In this document: in pieces, positions 9,304 through 18,864 of the stretch | How positions within the stretch are numbered: the first letter of the stretch is position 1 | Layout of the letters: the number at the start of each line of letters is the position of its first letter | IMG/VR virus record: IMGVR_UViG_3300046492_000458 | Coordinates: 1,645 to 65,644 of that record | Length of the DNA stretch: 64,000 nt | DNA from: a virus | Lineage: Duplodnaviria; Caudoviricetes | Direction: 5' to 3' (one strand) | Notes under the pieces: model-generated | Seen by the model: the letters and a program-made list of their open reading frames with translations, nothing else | Told to the model about the DNA's origin: nothing | Databases searched by the model: none | Program-made: the position numbers and the translations under genes

Positions 9304-9924
9304 ATGCTCAGCACCGGCCGCATCCTCCGCAAGATGGCCACCGTCATCAACACCGACGGCCTCCACACCGGAGAACAGTTCGGCCACCGCGGCGTCATCG
9401 ACCAGTTCGACATCTGCGCCCTCGCGTACATCGTCGCCGAGGACAAGCCCGCCCCCGACGTCTTCTTCACCGACCAGGCCGCCTCCATGGAGCTCCTGGA
9501 GCGCAGCGAGCCCGCCATGCAAGCCCTGCGCGTTCTCTCCGCCTCCATCGCCGACTACGAAGTCCCCGACACCGCAGGCCAGCCCGACGTCATCGAGCAC
9601 GTCTTCAACTGGACCGCCGCCCCCGGCATCGGCCAGAAGACCCCGCCCACCACAGCCGAGATCGTCGGCCGCCTCATCCGCGCCTCCGAGACGCAGAAGC
9701 CCGACACCTACTGCACCGGCGACCGCTGCGCCGACTGCACCCCCGATGAGGAGTGCTGCGAAGCCACCTGCGGCTGCTGCCCCCGCGTCGACGAGCACGA
9801 CCACTGTCGGCTCGCCCCCGGCAGCGAAGAGGACTCCAAGTACTGCGACCAGCACGGCGAGGGCTGGCTGTTCGACCGCTCGCCCGAGGCGGAGCGCAAG
9901 TACGAGCTGCTGCGCCGCGCCTGA
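9304..9924 (+). CDS. DUF6197-like protein with Cys-rich C-terminus
   Basis: ILRKMATVI..DGL, DICALAYIVA and W-containing motif; many Cys at the C-terminus. Confidence 0.6.
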   Translation: MLSTGRILRKMATVINTDGLHTGEQFGHRGVIDQFDICALAYIVAEDKPAPDVFFTDQAASMELLERSEPAMQALRVLSASIADYEVPDTAGQPDVIEHVFNWTAAPGIGQKTPPTTAEIVGRLIRASETQKPDTYCTGDRCADCTPDEECCEATCGCCPRVDEHDHCRLAPGSEEDSKYCDQHGEGWLFDRSPEAERKYELLRRA

Positions 9925-9959
9925 CCACCATTCCGCTGACACCGAAACGGACTCCCGCC

Positions 9960-10265
9960 ATGACGACCATGACCTTCGCCCCGGCCGACAACGCCTTCGC
10001 CCGCGACCCGTTCTACGCCCTCGGAGTCGCCGACGCCTACGACGAATACCAGGCCGGCGAGACCATCGACACCCTCAAGCGGCGCGCCAACGAGCTTCTG
10101 GACGCCGAGTACCCGAAGACCCAGAACATCCAGCCCGCCGAGCTGTACCGCCTCGGCTACGCCACCAGCATCGCCGGGATCCTCAACGGACACATCGCCA
10201 CCGTCAACGCCCAGGCCGACGTGTCCCAGAAGTGGTGGGCGCGCAAGAACGGGCGCAAGGCATGA
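9960..10265 (+). CDS. Hypothetical phage protein
   Basis: ATG 9960; GC3 bias; overlaps the next gene. Confidence 0.7.
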   Translation: MTTMTFAPADNAFARDPFYALGVADAYDEYQAGETIDTLKRRANELLDAEYPKTQNIQPAELYRLGYATSIAGILNGHIATVNAQADVSQKWWARKNGRKA

Positions 10266-10411
10266 GGGCCCGGGTAGCTCAGATCGCGTTCACCCTCACC
10301 CTGATCGCCGCCGCAGTCCTCGCCGCCCCCGGCCGCGCCCACCCCACCGCCCCGGCCACCGTCCGGCCCGCCTGGACGACATCCGCGCCCGCGGCGGTGA
10401 AGGCGCGGTGA
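10262..10411 (+). CDS. Small secreted or membrane protein
   Basis: ATGA overlap; hydrophobic IAFTLTLIAAAVLAA. Confidence 0.55.
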   Translation: MRARVAQIAFTLTLIAAAVLAAPGRAHPTAPATVRPAWTTSAPAAVKAR

Positions 10412-10536
10412 CCTGGCCGGACGGCATCGCCGCCGCCGTCCTCACCGCAATCGCACTCCTCATCACCCGCCACCAGCACAAGCCCCGGAGCACCACAGCC
10501 CCACCCAAGAACCCGCAGGACGGAGAACAGCAATGA
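10408..10536 (+). CDS. Small membrane protein
   Basis: GTGA and ATGA overlaps at both ends; hydrophobic segment. Confidence 0.5.
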   Translation: MTWPDGIAAAVLTAIALLITRHQHKPRSTTAPPKNPQDGEQQ

Positions 10537-11168
10537 CCACCAGAACACGCGCTGCGCAGGCCACCACCCCCGCACCGGCCCCGAAGCCCACCGCCAAGAA
10601 GACGGCCGCGAAGCGCACCAGCACCCGGCCGGCCCGCAAGACAGCTCCGAAGCCCGCCAACCGGCCCGTGTCCCTCGCCAAGCGCCCGCGTGTCTCCCTG
10701 GTCAAGCCGCCTGCCCCGCTCCTCGTCCGCAAGTCCGAGTTCATCACCGAACTGCAGATCGCCGCCTACTACGCCGCCCGTACGCACAACCTGCCCGCCG
10801 GCCTCATCCGCGACTGGCAGGAACGCCCCGACGGCACCGTCACCCGCTCCTTCCCCTCCGGAGCCCTCCTCGCCTACACCCCCGACGGCAACTCCGCCGC
10901 CCCCTTCCACACCTTCACCCCCTGCGCCCAAGGCGCCCACCACTGCGAACCCATCCACACCCCCAACGGCCTCCGCGCCGCCGTCGCCCACGCCGTCCAC
11001 TGCCACACCCGCCACTACACGCCCAAAGCGCTGGCGCTCGTCGACGGCATCCAGGCAGCGAAGAAGACCACCGCGGACACCGAGCCGCTCTCCGTCACCA
11101 CCATCGCCGCCGGCCTCGCCGCCCGCGCCGCCGACACCGAGACCCCGAAGGGACACCCCGAGCCGTGA
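10533..11168 (+). CDS. Hypothetical protein with basic N-terminus and His/Cys motifs
   Basis: K/R/P/A-rich N-terminus; coupled operon. Confidence 0.7.
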   Translation: MTTRTRAAQATTPAPAPKPTAKKTAAKRTSTRPARKTAPKPANRPVSLAKRPRVSLVKPPAPLLVRKSEFITELQIAAYYAARTHNLPAGLIRDWQERPDGTVTRSFPSGALLAYTPDGNSAAPFHTFTPCAQGAHHCEPIHTPNGLRAAVAHAVHCHTRHYTPKALALVDGIQAAKKTTADTEPLSVTTIAAGLAARAADTETPKGHPEP

Positions 11169-11584
11169 CCGAGACGACGCCCGGCTTCGCGGCCGCCCTC
11201 GCCGCAGCCGAACACCACGCCACCATGCAGGCCCTCCGAGATCCCGCCTACATCGCCCAACTCGTCGCCCAGCTCGAGCAGGCCGTGGAGTTCCACATCC
11301 CCTGCCCTGGCCATCCCTACGGGCACCACGCCGACCTCCGCGTCAAACGCCGCCTCGACGGCCGCGCAGACGGATGGGCCGTCCTCAACGACAACCCCGG
11401 CAACGAACACGCCTGGACCGGCACCCAATGGATCTACCGCGGCGAACTCTCCCGCGAGCAGATCTACCGCTACGACCGCCAGACCGCCCTCGACGAAGCC
11501 ACGCGCATCGCACCGCTCGAGATCGCCGCATTCCTCAAGCACGTCGGCCGCCTCCGCGCCGAACACCAGGAAGGAACCGCCTGA
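11165..11584 (+). CDS. Hypothetical phage protein
   Basis: Translational coupling on both sides. Confidence 0.7.
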   Translation: MTETTPGFAAALAAAEHHATMQALRDPAYIAQLVAQLEQAVEFHIPCPGHPYGHHADLRVKRRLDGRADGWAVLNDNPGNEHAWTGTQWIYRGELSREQIYRYDRQTALDEATRIAPLEIAAFLKHVGRLRAEHQEGTA

Positions 11585-12696
11585 TGGCCACCGACACCAG
11601 CATCGAATGGGCTGACAAGACATGGTCACCGATCATCGGCTGCGACCGGGTAAGCCCCGGATGCGACTCGTGCTACGCGATCAGCACCGCCCGGATCCGC
11701 GAGGGCAACCCGCACCCGCGAATCGCTGCGGCGTTCGCCGGCACCACCCAGCGCACCGAAGCGGGCGTCGACTGGAGTGGTCGGATCAACCTCCTCGCCG
11801 ACCGCCTCACCGAGCCGTTGCGATGGAAGACGTCCCGGAAGGTGTTCGTCAACTCTCTCTCCGACCTCTTCCACAAGAACGTCCCCGACGACTTCATCGC
11901 CAAGGTGTTCGCCATCATGGCGCTCACCCCCCAGCACTCCTACCAGCTGCTGACCAAGCGGCACGCACGGATGCGGTCCGTCCTGAACGACCACTGCACG
12001 TGCGGAAACGGCCACGTCCCCGGCGTCCACTTCCGATCCGCCATGGCCTGGGCCGTCTCGAAGGCCAACCCCGAGCGCATCCCCGGCGTACCCGACGACG
12101 CCGAACAGCGCGTCTACAACGCCCCGTGGCCCCTGCCGAACCTCCACCTCGGCGTGTCCGTCGAAAACCAGCACTGGGCCAACATTCGCATCCCCGCCCT
12201 CCTCGACACCCCGGCCGCCGTCCGCTGGATCTCCGCCGAACCCCTCCTCGGCCCGATCCGCCTCAGCGCCTCCTGGATCCCCATCCCCGCCGACTACCGG
12301 CCTGTGGAACTCGCCGACATCCTCGGCATCGGGCAGCCGGAACGTCTGAACTGGGTTGTTGCAGGCGGGGAGTCCGGTCCGAAAGCCCGCCCGGCACACC
12401 CCGACTGGTTCCGCTCCCTCCGCGACGAATGCGCCGCCGCAGACGTCCCCTTCCTGTTCAAGCAGCACGGCAACTGGATTTCCCGGGACGACCTCGACGC
12501 CGACGCGAGGGCCTCCGCCTGGAACGAGAAGCGCGTCCTCTACGTCCACCCCGCCGATGGCCGCACCCAGACCCACGGCCAGTGGGGCATCAACGACCAC
12601 CTCGAGGGATGGGCCTGCGTCCAGCGCGTCGGCAAGAAGAACGCCGGCCGTGTCCTGGACGGTCGTACCCACGACGCGTTCCCCACGGTCCCGTGA
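11584..12696 (+). CDS. Phage Gp37/Gp68 (DUF5131) family protein
   Basis: TSIEWADKTWSPIIGCDRVSPGCDSCYA, VFVNSLSDLFH, WVVAGGESGP, FLFKQHG. Confidence 0.92.
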   Translation: MATDTSIEWADKTWSPIIGCDRVSPGCDSCYAISTARIREGNPHPRIAAAFAGTTQRTEAGVDWSGRINLLADRLTEPLRWKTSRKVFVNSLSDLFHKNVPDDFIAKVFAIMALTPQHSYQLLTKRHARMRSVLNDHCTCGNGHVPGVHFRSAMAWAVSKANPERIPGVPDDAEQRVYNAPWPLPNLHLGVSVENQHWANIRIPALLDTPAAVRWISAEPLLGPIRLSASWIPIPADYRPVELADILGIGQPERLNWVVAGGESGPKARPAHPDWFRSLRDECAAADVPFLFKQHGNWISRDDLDADARASAWNEKRVLYVHPADGRTQTHGQWGINDHLEGWACVQRVGKKNAGRVLDGRTHDAFPTVP

Positions 12697-12914
12697 ACGG
12701 CTTCCTCGCGGGCTGCTACCTCAAGACCGTCTTCCCCAGCCGCCGCACCGGACGCCGCAGAGCCCGGCAGATACGCGGCGAAGGCGGCCCCCGCCTCAAC
12801 GACTACCGCTGCCGCTACTGCCTCGGCGTCCACATCGGACACAGCCACGGCGAAGCCACACACCTCCGCACCGGCCGCCACGGCCCCTTCCCCGTCCAGG
12901 AGTACGCCCAATGA
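12693..12914 (+). CDS. Small Zn-binding protein
   Basis: C..K..F, YRCRYC..HIGH; 4-bp overlaps. Confidence 0.65.
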   Translation: MNGFLAGCYLKTVFPSRRTGRRRARQIRGEGGPRLNDYRCRYCLGVHIGHSHGEATHLRTGRHGPFPVQEYAQ

Positions 12915-13459
12915 CGCTCACCGATACCGCCCCCGCCATAGACCGGCAACTCTGCCTCACCATCGTCGTCCACGGCGACCCGGCCCCCCAGGGATCAAAG
13001 CGCTACGCCGGTCACCGCCGAAACGCCCGCTCCGGACGCGTCAGCGCCGTCCTCCTCGAACAGTCCACACGGGTCAGGCCCTGGCGGGAACGCGTGCACG
13101 CTGCCGCCCTGGCCGCCATACGGGAGTACCCGACCTGGAAGCCCCTCGACGGACCCCTCTCCGCAGACATGATCTTCGCCGTACGGACCAAACCGCAGTC
13201 CAAGCCCGTCTGGTGGCTCAAGGCCCTGCCCTGGTCCAAATACCTCTGGTGGCGCCCCGCATCATCCCCCGACCTCTCCAAGCTCCTCCGCTCCACCGAA
13301 GACGCCCTCACCACCGCCCGCGCCTGGAAGGACGACGCTCGAGTCGTCGAATACGGCCAACTCGCCAAGTACTACGCCGGCGACCCCAGCCACCCCGACG
13401 TCCTCACCGAACCTGGCGCGATCATCCGCCTCTACACCCTTCCCGGAGCCAACCGATGA
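12911..13459 (+). CDS. RusA-like Holliday junction resolvase
   Basis: VHGDPAPQGSK, PDLSKLLRSTEDALT, WKDDARVV. Confidence 0.85.
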   Translation: MTLTDTAPAIDRQLCLTIVVHGDPAPQGSKRYAGHRRNARSGRVSAVLLEQSTRVRPWRERVHAAALAAIREYPTWKPLDGPLSADMIFAVRTKPQSKPVWWLKALPWSKYLWWRPASSPDLSKLLRSTEDALTTARAWKDDARVVEYGQLAKYYAGDPSHPDVLTEPGAIIRLYTLPGANR

Positions 13460-13917
13460 CCGCCACCGCGACCGAAACGCGCCTCCCTATGAGTCCTGCC
13501 GCGCCCGACACCGATTGGCGGACGGGCGCCGCCTGCCGGTACGTCGACCCCGACCTGCACTTCCCGACGGCCCACACGCCCGGCTGGCTGGAGCAAATCG
13601 ATGATGCCAAGCAGGTCTGCGCTGGGTGCCCGGTAAGGAAGGCCTGCCTCGAGTGGGCGTTGAAGACCGGGCAGTCGGCCGGAGTGTGGGGCGGTCTGTC
13701 GGAACGTGAGCGCAAGGGCCTGCGCCAGCCGAGGGCAACATCCCTGGACAAGTGCCTGAGCCAGCGGGCATGGATTGAGAAGCAGCTCGACGCGGGGGTC
13801 ACTCAGAAGTCGATCGCAGGCCAATTGGGCGTCGACAAGACGGCGGTATCGAAGGCAATCAGGCAGTTCAACGCAGAGCGGGAGCAGGCTGCTGCCGCAC
13901 AGGGGGTGACGGTGTGA
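13456..13917 (+). CDS. whiB: WhiB family regulator fused to a C-terminal HTH
   Basis: WRTGAAC, CAGCPVRKAC, GVWGGLSERER; then VTQKSIAGQLGVDKTAVSKAI. Confidence 0.9.
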   Translation: MTATATETRLPMSPAAPDTDWRTGAACRYVDPDLHFPTAHTPGWLEQIDDAKQVCAGCPVRKACLEWALKTGQSAGVWGGLSERERKGLRQPRATSLDKCLSQRAWIEKQLDAGVTQKSIAGQLGVDKTAVSKAIRQFNAEREQAAAAQGVTV

Positions 13918-14879
13918 CGAGGCGTCCCCCGAACAGCCGGGTACAGCACGGCAACGGGTCGTGCGCGGACTACGGATGCAAGCGGACCGAGTGCTTGGAA
14001 GCCCGCCGCAACCGCAGGAAGCGAAACAAGTTTCTTCTGGCCACGGGCCGTCCTGGCGATGTGGCCTCTGACCGGTCCGCTGCTCGCCTTCAGGCGTTTC
14101 GGCACGCCGGGTTGCTGGACAAGGAGGTCATGGCGCTGGTGGGCATTGCGCGTACCACGTACTACCGGGCCTTGCGTGGCGAGCCCATTACGCGGGACTC
14201 GGAGCGAAAGATCATGTCGGTTCCTGTGCCGTCCCCCACCGGGATCATCACTACGACGGCGATCGTGGACCGGGTTGGAACCCGCCGGCGGATTCAGGCT
14301 CTGATCTGGCTGGGCTGGCCGCAAGAAGTGCTGGAGGCGCGTCTGGGTGTCCATCCTGGCTGGATTGACCGGACCTTCCGACGTTCTGGGGTGCGGCTGA
14401 CTGTGGCAGCCCGAGTGGGCCAGTTGTACAACGACCTGTGGTCGGTCCGTCCGGAGAATCAGGGCGTAGACGCGGAGCGCGCAGAAGAGACCCGCCAGTA
14501 TGCGCGGAGTCTTTCCTGGAACGGCCCGCTGGCGTGGGACGACGAGACGATCGACGACCCGAAAGCGCAGCCGCTCACGGACGTGGTGGAGCCGGTCGCG
14601 ACCGAGGGCGGGAACGTCGCGGACCGGTGGCTGCACGGCGAGTCCGTCATCCTCCGCTCAGAAGACCGTAAGCAGGTCTTGCAGCACCTGTTCGAGTGGA
14701 CCAACGACACCCCGGAAGAGATCGCCGCCCAGCTGGAGATGACGGTCGACGCGGTGTGGCAGACGTGGTCCCGCATCAAGAAGAAGGCCCGCCAGGAGGG
14801 CCGTACCGAGCCGTGGCGGCGCGTGTACGTGCCGCGTGAACGAGACCTGAGGCAGAACCAGATGGAGGAAGCAGCATGA
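13914..14879 (+). CDS. Phage multi-HTH protein
   Basis: HG....GC.R.EC, GTRRRIQALI..GW, PLAWDDETIDDP motifs; HTH at the C-terminus. Confidence 0.7.
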   Translation: MTRRPPNSRVQHGNGSCADYGCKRTECLEARRNRRKRNKFLLATGRPGDVASDRSAARLQAFRHAGLLDKEVMALVGIARTTYYRALRGEPITRDSERKIMSVPVPSPTGIITTTAIVDRVGTRRRIQALIWLGWPQEVLEARLGVHPGWIDRTFRRSGVRLTVAARVGQLYNDLWSVRPENQGVDAERAEETRQYARSLSWNGPLAWDDETIDDPKAQPLTDVVEPVATEGGNVADRWLHGESVILRSEDRKQVLQHLFEWTNDTPEEIAAQLEMTVDAVWQTWSRIKKKARQEGRTEPWRRVYVPRERDLRQNQMEEAA

Positions 14880-15382
14880 GCACCACGATGACCTTGACCG
14901 GCCGGTTGACCGCGTCGCCTGAGCTTCGTTTCAGCGCGCAGGGAATGGCTGTAGCGGCGTTCACCATCGTTACGTCGCGGCGGGTGAAGGACCCGGCCTC
15001 TGGCGAGTGGTCCGACGCGGATACTACGTACTGGGACTGCAAGGCCTTCAAGCAGCTCGCGGAAAACATCTGTGAGTCCCTGGACAAGGGAATGGAGGTG
15101 GTCGCGGTGGGCCGGGCCGTGCAGGAGTCGTGGGAGGACAAGCAGTCCGGCCAGAAGCGTTCGAAGATTGCGGTCCGTATCGATGCGATCGGTCCGTCGC
15201 TTCGATCCGCCACGGCGAAGGTGACGAAGGCTTCGGGGAACTCGGGGCAGGGCCAGGGCCGGCAGGAGTTCCAGCAGGCCCGTCAGCAGCAGTCGGCGGG
15301 GTCGGGTGATCCGTGGGGTGCGGCGGCGCAGTCGGCGGGTCAGGCCGCGGGGTCGTGGGCTGGGGACGAGCCTCCTTTCTGA
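14876..15382 (+). CDS. ssb: Single-stranded DNA-binding protein
   Basis: GRLTASPELRF OB-fold N-terminus; DEPPF C-terminal tail. Confidence 0.95.
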   Translation: MSTTMTLTGRLTASPELRFSAQGMAVAAFTIVTSRRVKDPASGEWSDADTTYWDCKAFKQLAENICESLDKGMEVVAVGRAVQESWEDKQSGQKRSKIAVRIDAIGPSLRSATAKVTKASGNSGQGQGRQEFQQARQQQSAGSGDPWGAAAQSAGQAAGSWAGDEPPF

Positions 15383-15401
15383 CCTGGTGAGGGCGTACGC
15401 A

Positions 15402-15433
15402 GAGGGGTCTGGCCTTCGGGTTGGGCCCCTTTC
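15402..15433 (+). terminator. Intrinsic terminator after ssb
   Basis: GAGGGGTCTGGCC-TTCG-GGTTGGGCCCCTTT hairpin. Confidence 0.7.
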
Positions 15434-15449
15434 GTGTGTGATCCTCCCG

Positions 15450-15488
15450 CATCTTGTATTGCGTACGTAATAGAAGATGCCCTAGAGT
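15450..15488 (+). promoter_or_regulatory. Conserved operator/promoter, copy 2
   Basis: CATCTTGTATTGCGTACGTAATAGAAGATG; -35 TTGCGT, 18 bp, -10 TAGAGT. Confidence 0.82.
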
Positions 15489-15527
15489 GGACACACCGCA
15501 CCAACCACCACCGTCCCTGGGGGACAC

Positions 15528-16064
15528 GTGAACCTGCGCCTTGTTGACCCGAACGGCCACACCGTCCCGGACTCCCTCCGCGAGAACGTGACCGCACAAG
15601 ACGAAGAGAAGGTCAGCCAGGAACTCCTCACCGTCGCCGCCGCCAAGCACGCTGAAGAGTGGGCTGACTTCGGCTACAGGGTCCGTTATTACCGCATCGT
15701 TGCCGACCGACCCCACACCAAGCCCGTCCCCCCGACCGCCGACTTCCACGTAGCCGTGTCCCGCTTCATAGCGCTGCTCGAGTCCCGTCCTGGCCAGCGT
15801 GTCCCCGCCAGCAAGGGCCGGCGGCTGGCTTGGGAGGCCGTATACGGCGATCTGTGGACCCCGGATCGAGTCGGCGAGGTGCCCCCTGAGGGCCGACCCG
15901 CGCTTCGGGCCGTCGTGTCGCGAATCAATCGGCAGGCGTTTCCCGGCGGGGCGCGGGCTGCATCCGTAACTGCCGCCCACGTCAGGTCTCTCTGGCCGGA
16001 CAGCTCGGCCTACATGACCCGGCAGGGCGAGCCCGACGACCCCAGCGACCACTACGACCAGTAG
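15528..16064 (+). CDS. Hypothetical protein
   Basis: GGGGGA RBS; first gene after promoter copy 2. Confidence 0.65.
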   Translation: MNLRLVDPNGHTVPDSLRENVTAQDEEKVSQELLTVAAAKHAEEWADFGYRVRYYRIVADRPHTKPVPPTADFHVAVSRFIALLESRPGQRVPASKGRRLAWEAVYGDLWTPDRVGEVPPEGRPALRAVVSRINRQAFPGGARAASVTAAHVRSLWPDSSAYMTRQGEPDDPSDHYDQ

Positions 16065-16215
16065 AGCCACCAGCGGCCTCCCTCCCCCCTCGGGAGGCCC
16101 TCCCCGGCCTCCGCCCCCTCGGAGGCCACCCCCCCCCAGGGTCCTGCCCCGCCCCCCCCGGAACCTCGGGGCAGGACCCCACACCCCCCGGCCGACGCCT
16201 CACGGAGGACCGAAC

Positions 16216-16503
16216 ATGCAGAACGCCACCGTCATCACCCTCCCTGCCCGCATCGTCCGAGCCCTCCGCCAGTCGCTTCCCGCAACAACCGCCGGGCCGG
16301 AGATCGAGCTGGCCCTGCAGAACGCCCAGATGGACGCGGACACCGGCACCCACACGGTAGCCATCCCGTCCGGCCTGGTCTTGACGGTGCGCGGCCTGCT
16401 CCACGACACCGAGCAGCAGATGAGCAAGGAGGAGCCGGGGCACCGCATGCGGGTGTACCGGCGCCTGTTCGACAAGGCGGCGCAGCGCCTGCTGGCCGCG
16501 TAG
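16216..16503 (+). CDS. Hypothetical protein
   Basis: GGAGGA RBS. Confidence 0.75.
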   Translation: MQNATVITLPARIVRALRQSLPATTAGPEIELALQNAQMDADTGTHTVAIPSGLVLTVRGLLHDTEQQMSKEEPGHRMRVYRRLFDKAAQRLLAA

Positions 16504-16523
16504 GCGAAGTGAAGGAGCCCGAC

Positions 16524-16670
16524 ATGGACAACGAACAGGACTGGACCGAGACCGCTACCGCTGAGGAGTTGGCGGACAGCCAGGCGCAGATGGACGCGCT
16601 GCGGCAGGCGCTCAGTCTTCCCCTGCCGGGGGCCCCCAACGTTCCGGCCGTAGGCCCTGGAACCAACTGA
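16524..16670 (+). CDS. Small hypothetical protein
   Basis: AAGGAG RBS; MDNEQDWTETATAEEL... Confidence 0.55.
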   Translation: MDNEQDWTETATAEELADSQAQMDALRQALSLPLPGAPNVPAVGPGTN

Positions 16671-16776
16671 CCGACAGTCCCACCCCCCACCACGATCGGG
16701 CCGCCCACCCAGACATCGCAGCCCGCGGTGGGCGGCCCTCACCCTTATGCGGACCCGAACTGCCGGAAGGCGCACA

Positions 16777-17190
16777 GTGAAGATCACCCTGGACCTGCCC
16801 GAGTCGGTGAAGTCCTTCGACGCGCCGTACGGCTGCCTCTGGTGTGGAACCGCGCAGGACTGTCACGGCCGTCGCTGGGCGCCTGCTCTCAGTGACACGC
16901 ACACCTGGGAGAAGCCGGACCAGGCAACCATCCTGGGCCGGATGCTGCGGCGTCGCAGTGCCCGCCTGACCGCGGAGCCTGCGAAGTACCACGCCGCCAC
17001 CGCGTGGGCTGCGGACCACACCGGTGAGAGCGCGGACCCGTACTGCGCGGACTGCAAGACCGACGTCTGCCACCCGTGGCTGCGCATCCAGGCCCGTCTG
17101 GACGAGCAGCGTTGGGGGATGCCGCGCCGCATCCGACGCGGGCGTACGGCTGTCGGGTTCGGCTGGGGAGATGGCGAGTCGCCGTGGTGA
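16777..17190 (+). CDS. Hypothetical Zn-binding protein
   Basis: GCLWCG...HG.RW; CADC...C. Confidence 0.7.
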   Translation: MKITLDLPESVKSFDAPYGCLWCGTAQDCHGRRWAPALSDTHTWEKPDQATILGRMLRRRSARLTAEPAKYHAATAWAADHTGESADPYCADCKTDVCHPWLRIQARLDEQRWGMPRRIRRGRTAVGFGWGDGESPW

Positions 17191-17272
17191 CCGCGTTCCT
17201 GCTTCACGCCTCGCACCCTCCACTTTCCCAGACCTCGCGGATGAACCCGCCCCTACGTCCGAAGGGCACCCC

Positions 17273-17599
17273 ATGAACACCCTCGCCGCCCTGCCCGCCC
17301 CATTCACAGCCAGGGTCACCAACCACCTCGCCCGCCTGGGCTGGGCAGCCACTGCCACCCCCGACTACATCGAGGTCCGCATCCCCATCGAGGCCACCGG
17401 CCAGCAGGCTGCCGCGAAGCGCGGTGACCGCCTGTACGTGTGGCCGGCACCGGACGGTATGCGGTGGGAGATCCGGCCGCCTGGTGCCGTGCCAGGCCGC
17501 GGCGAGGTGCTGGCATTGCAGGGCCCGCACCACGTGTACCTGGTCGCGGAGGTCGACCACCTGCTGAAGCCCCTCCATGAAGGGGAGTGCAAGCGGTGA
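17273..17599 (+). CDS. Hypothetical protein
   Basis: GAAGGG RBS, ATG 17273. Confidence 0.65.
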   Translation: MNTLAALPAPFTARVTNHLARLGWAATATPDYIEVRIPIEATGQQAAAKRGDRLYVWPAPDGMRWEIRPPGAVPGRGEVLALQGPHHVYLVAEVDHLLKPLHEGECKR

Positions 17600-17970
17600 T
17601 CGTTCAGAACGTATCCGCGCCCACCACGCCTACCGACGCGGAGATCGCCGACGCCTGCGATAGGGCCCGCGCCCACATCGTCAGGTTCGGGTTCTACAAG
17701 CACTACCTGTTCAACACCCGGCAATTCAGGGACGGCACCCCGCCGGACCGGTGCGCGGTGGACCTGGACGGTGCGATCAACGTGGCCATGCACGGCACCC
17801 CCCTGCACCTCGGACGCGACCCGTTCACCCGGGCCGTAGTGGTGGCAGTCCTCGCGCGTACCAATGCGCCTTCCCTGGCCACCTGGTGCGACTACAAGGG
17901 CAACGGCACAGCCAAGGCGATCGCCCTGCTCCGTGACACCGCGGGCCGGCTGCGCAGGCGGACGCCGTGA
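17596..17970 (+). CDS. DUF6197-like protein
   Basis: RARAHIVRFGF, DLDGAINVA, LATWCD...AIALLR. Confidence 0.65.
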   Translation: MIVQNVSAPTTPTDAEIADACDRARAHIVRFGFYKHYLFNTRQFRDGTPPDRCAVDLDGAINVAMHGTPLHLGRDPFTRAVVVAVLARTNAPSLATWCDYKGNGTAKAIALLRDTAGRLRRRTP

Positions 17971-18058
17971 CCGCGTTCCTGCTCTACCCACTGGCGGTCT
18001 GGCAGCTCACACCCCGAACCCTCCACCACCTCTACCGATGCGCGCGAAAGGCCGCCAC

Positions 18059-18814
18059 GTGAAGCCCTACTGGAAAGACACCGACACCGGGATAGCCCTG
18101 TACCTGGGCGACATGCGGGAAGTCCTGCCCGAGCTCGGAGTGCAGGCCGACTTGATCGTGGCCGATCCACCGTATGCGGAAACCAGCCTCGCCTGGGACC
18201 GGTGGCCCACCGGTTGGCCGGCCCTCGCGGCTGCCGCCGCATCGTCGATGTGGTGCTTCGGCTCGATGCGCATGTTCCTCGACCGCGGACCGGAGTTCGC
18301 CGACTGGAAGCTCAGCCAGGACGTCGTGTGGGAGAAGCACAACGGCAGCGGATTCGCCACCGACCGCTTTCGCCGCGTCCACGAGATCGCCACCCACTGG
18401 TACCGCGGCAACTGGGCCAGCATCCACCGCGACGTCCCACGACTGCCGTCCACCTACAACAGCAAGGGCCGCACCGTCAGCGCCCGCGCTGCCCGGCCCC
18501 CGCACACCGGGGACATCGGCGGCGCCACCTACAGCGACGACGGACTCCGCCTCGCACGGTCGGTGCTGTACGCGAAGTCGATGCAGCGGGCTGCGATCCA
18601 TCCGACGGAGAAGCCGGTAACCGGGCTTCTGGAGCACCTCATCGCCTACGCCTGCCCCGAAGGCGGCCTGGTCATCGACCCGTTCGCCGGAAGCGGCAGC
18701 ACCTTGGACGCCGCCCGCCAGGCCGGACGCCGGGCGATCGGCATCGAAGCCCACGAACCCTACGCGGAAGCCGCGGTGCGCCGTCTATCGGCGTTGACGC
18801 TGCCCGCCGCGTGA
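18059..18814 (+). CDS. Orphan DNA methyltransferase (N6-A/N4-C, beta class)
   Basis: DPPY catalytic motif, HPTEKP, VIDPFAGSGST SAM-binding motif. Confidence 0.93.
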   Translation: MKPYWKDTDTGIALYLGDMREVLPELGVQADLIVADPPYAETSLAWDRWPTGWPALAAAAASSMWCFGSMRMFLDRGPEFADWKLSQDVVWEKHNGSGFATDRFRRVHEIATHWYRGNWASIHRDVPRLPSTYNSKGRTVSARAARPPHTGDIGGATYSDDGLRLARSVLYAKSMQRAAIHPTEKPVTGLLEHLIAYACPEGGLVIDPFAGSGSTLDAARQAGRRAIGIEAHEPYAEAAVRRLSALTLPAA

Positions 18815-18864
18815 TCCCGCACCATCCACCACCTCTACCGCTCCCTCACCCGCAGGAAGGCCTC

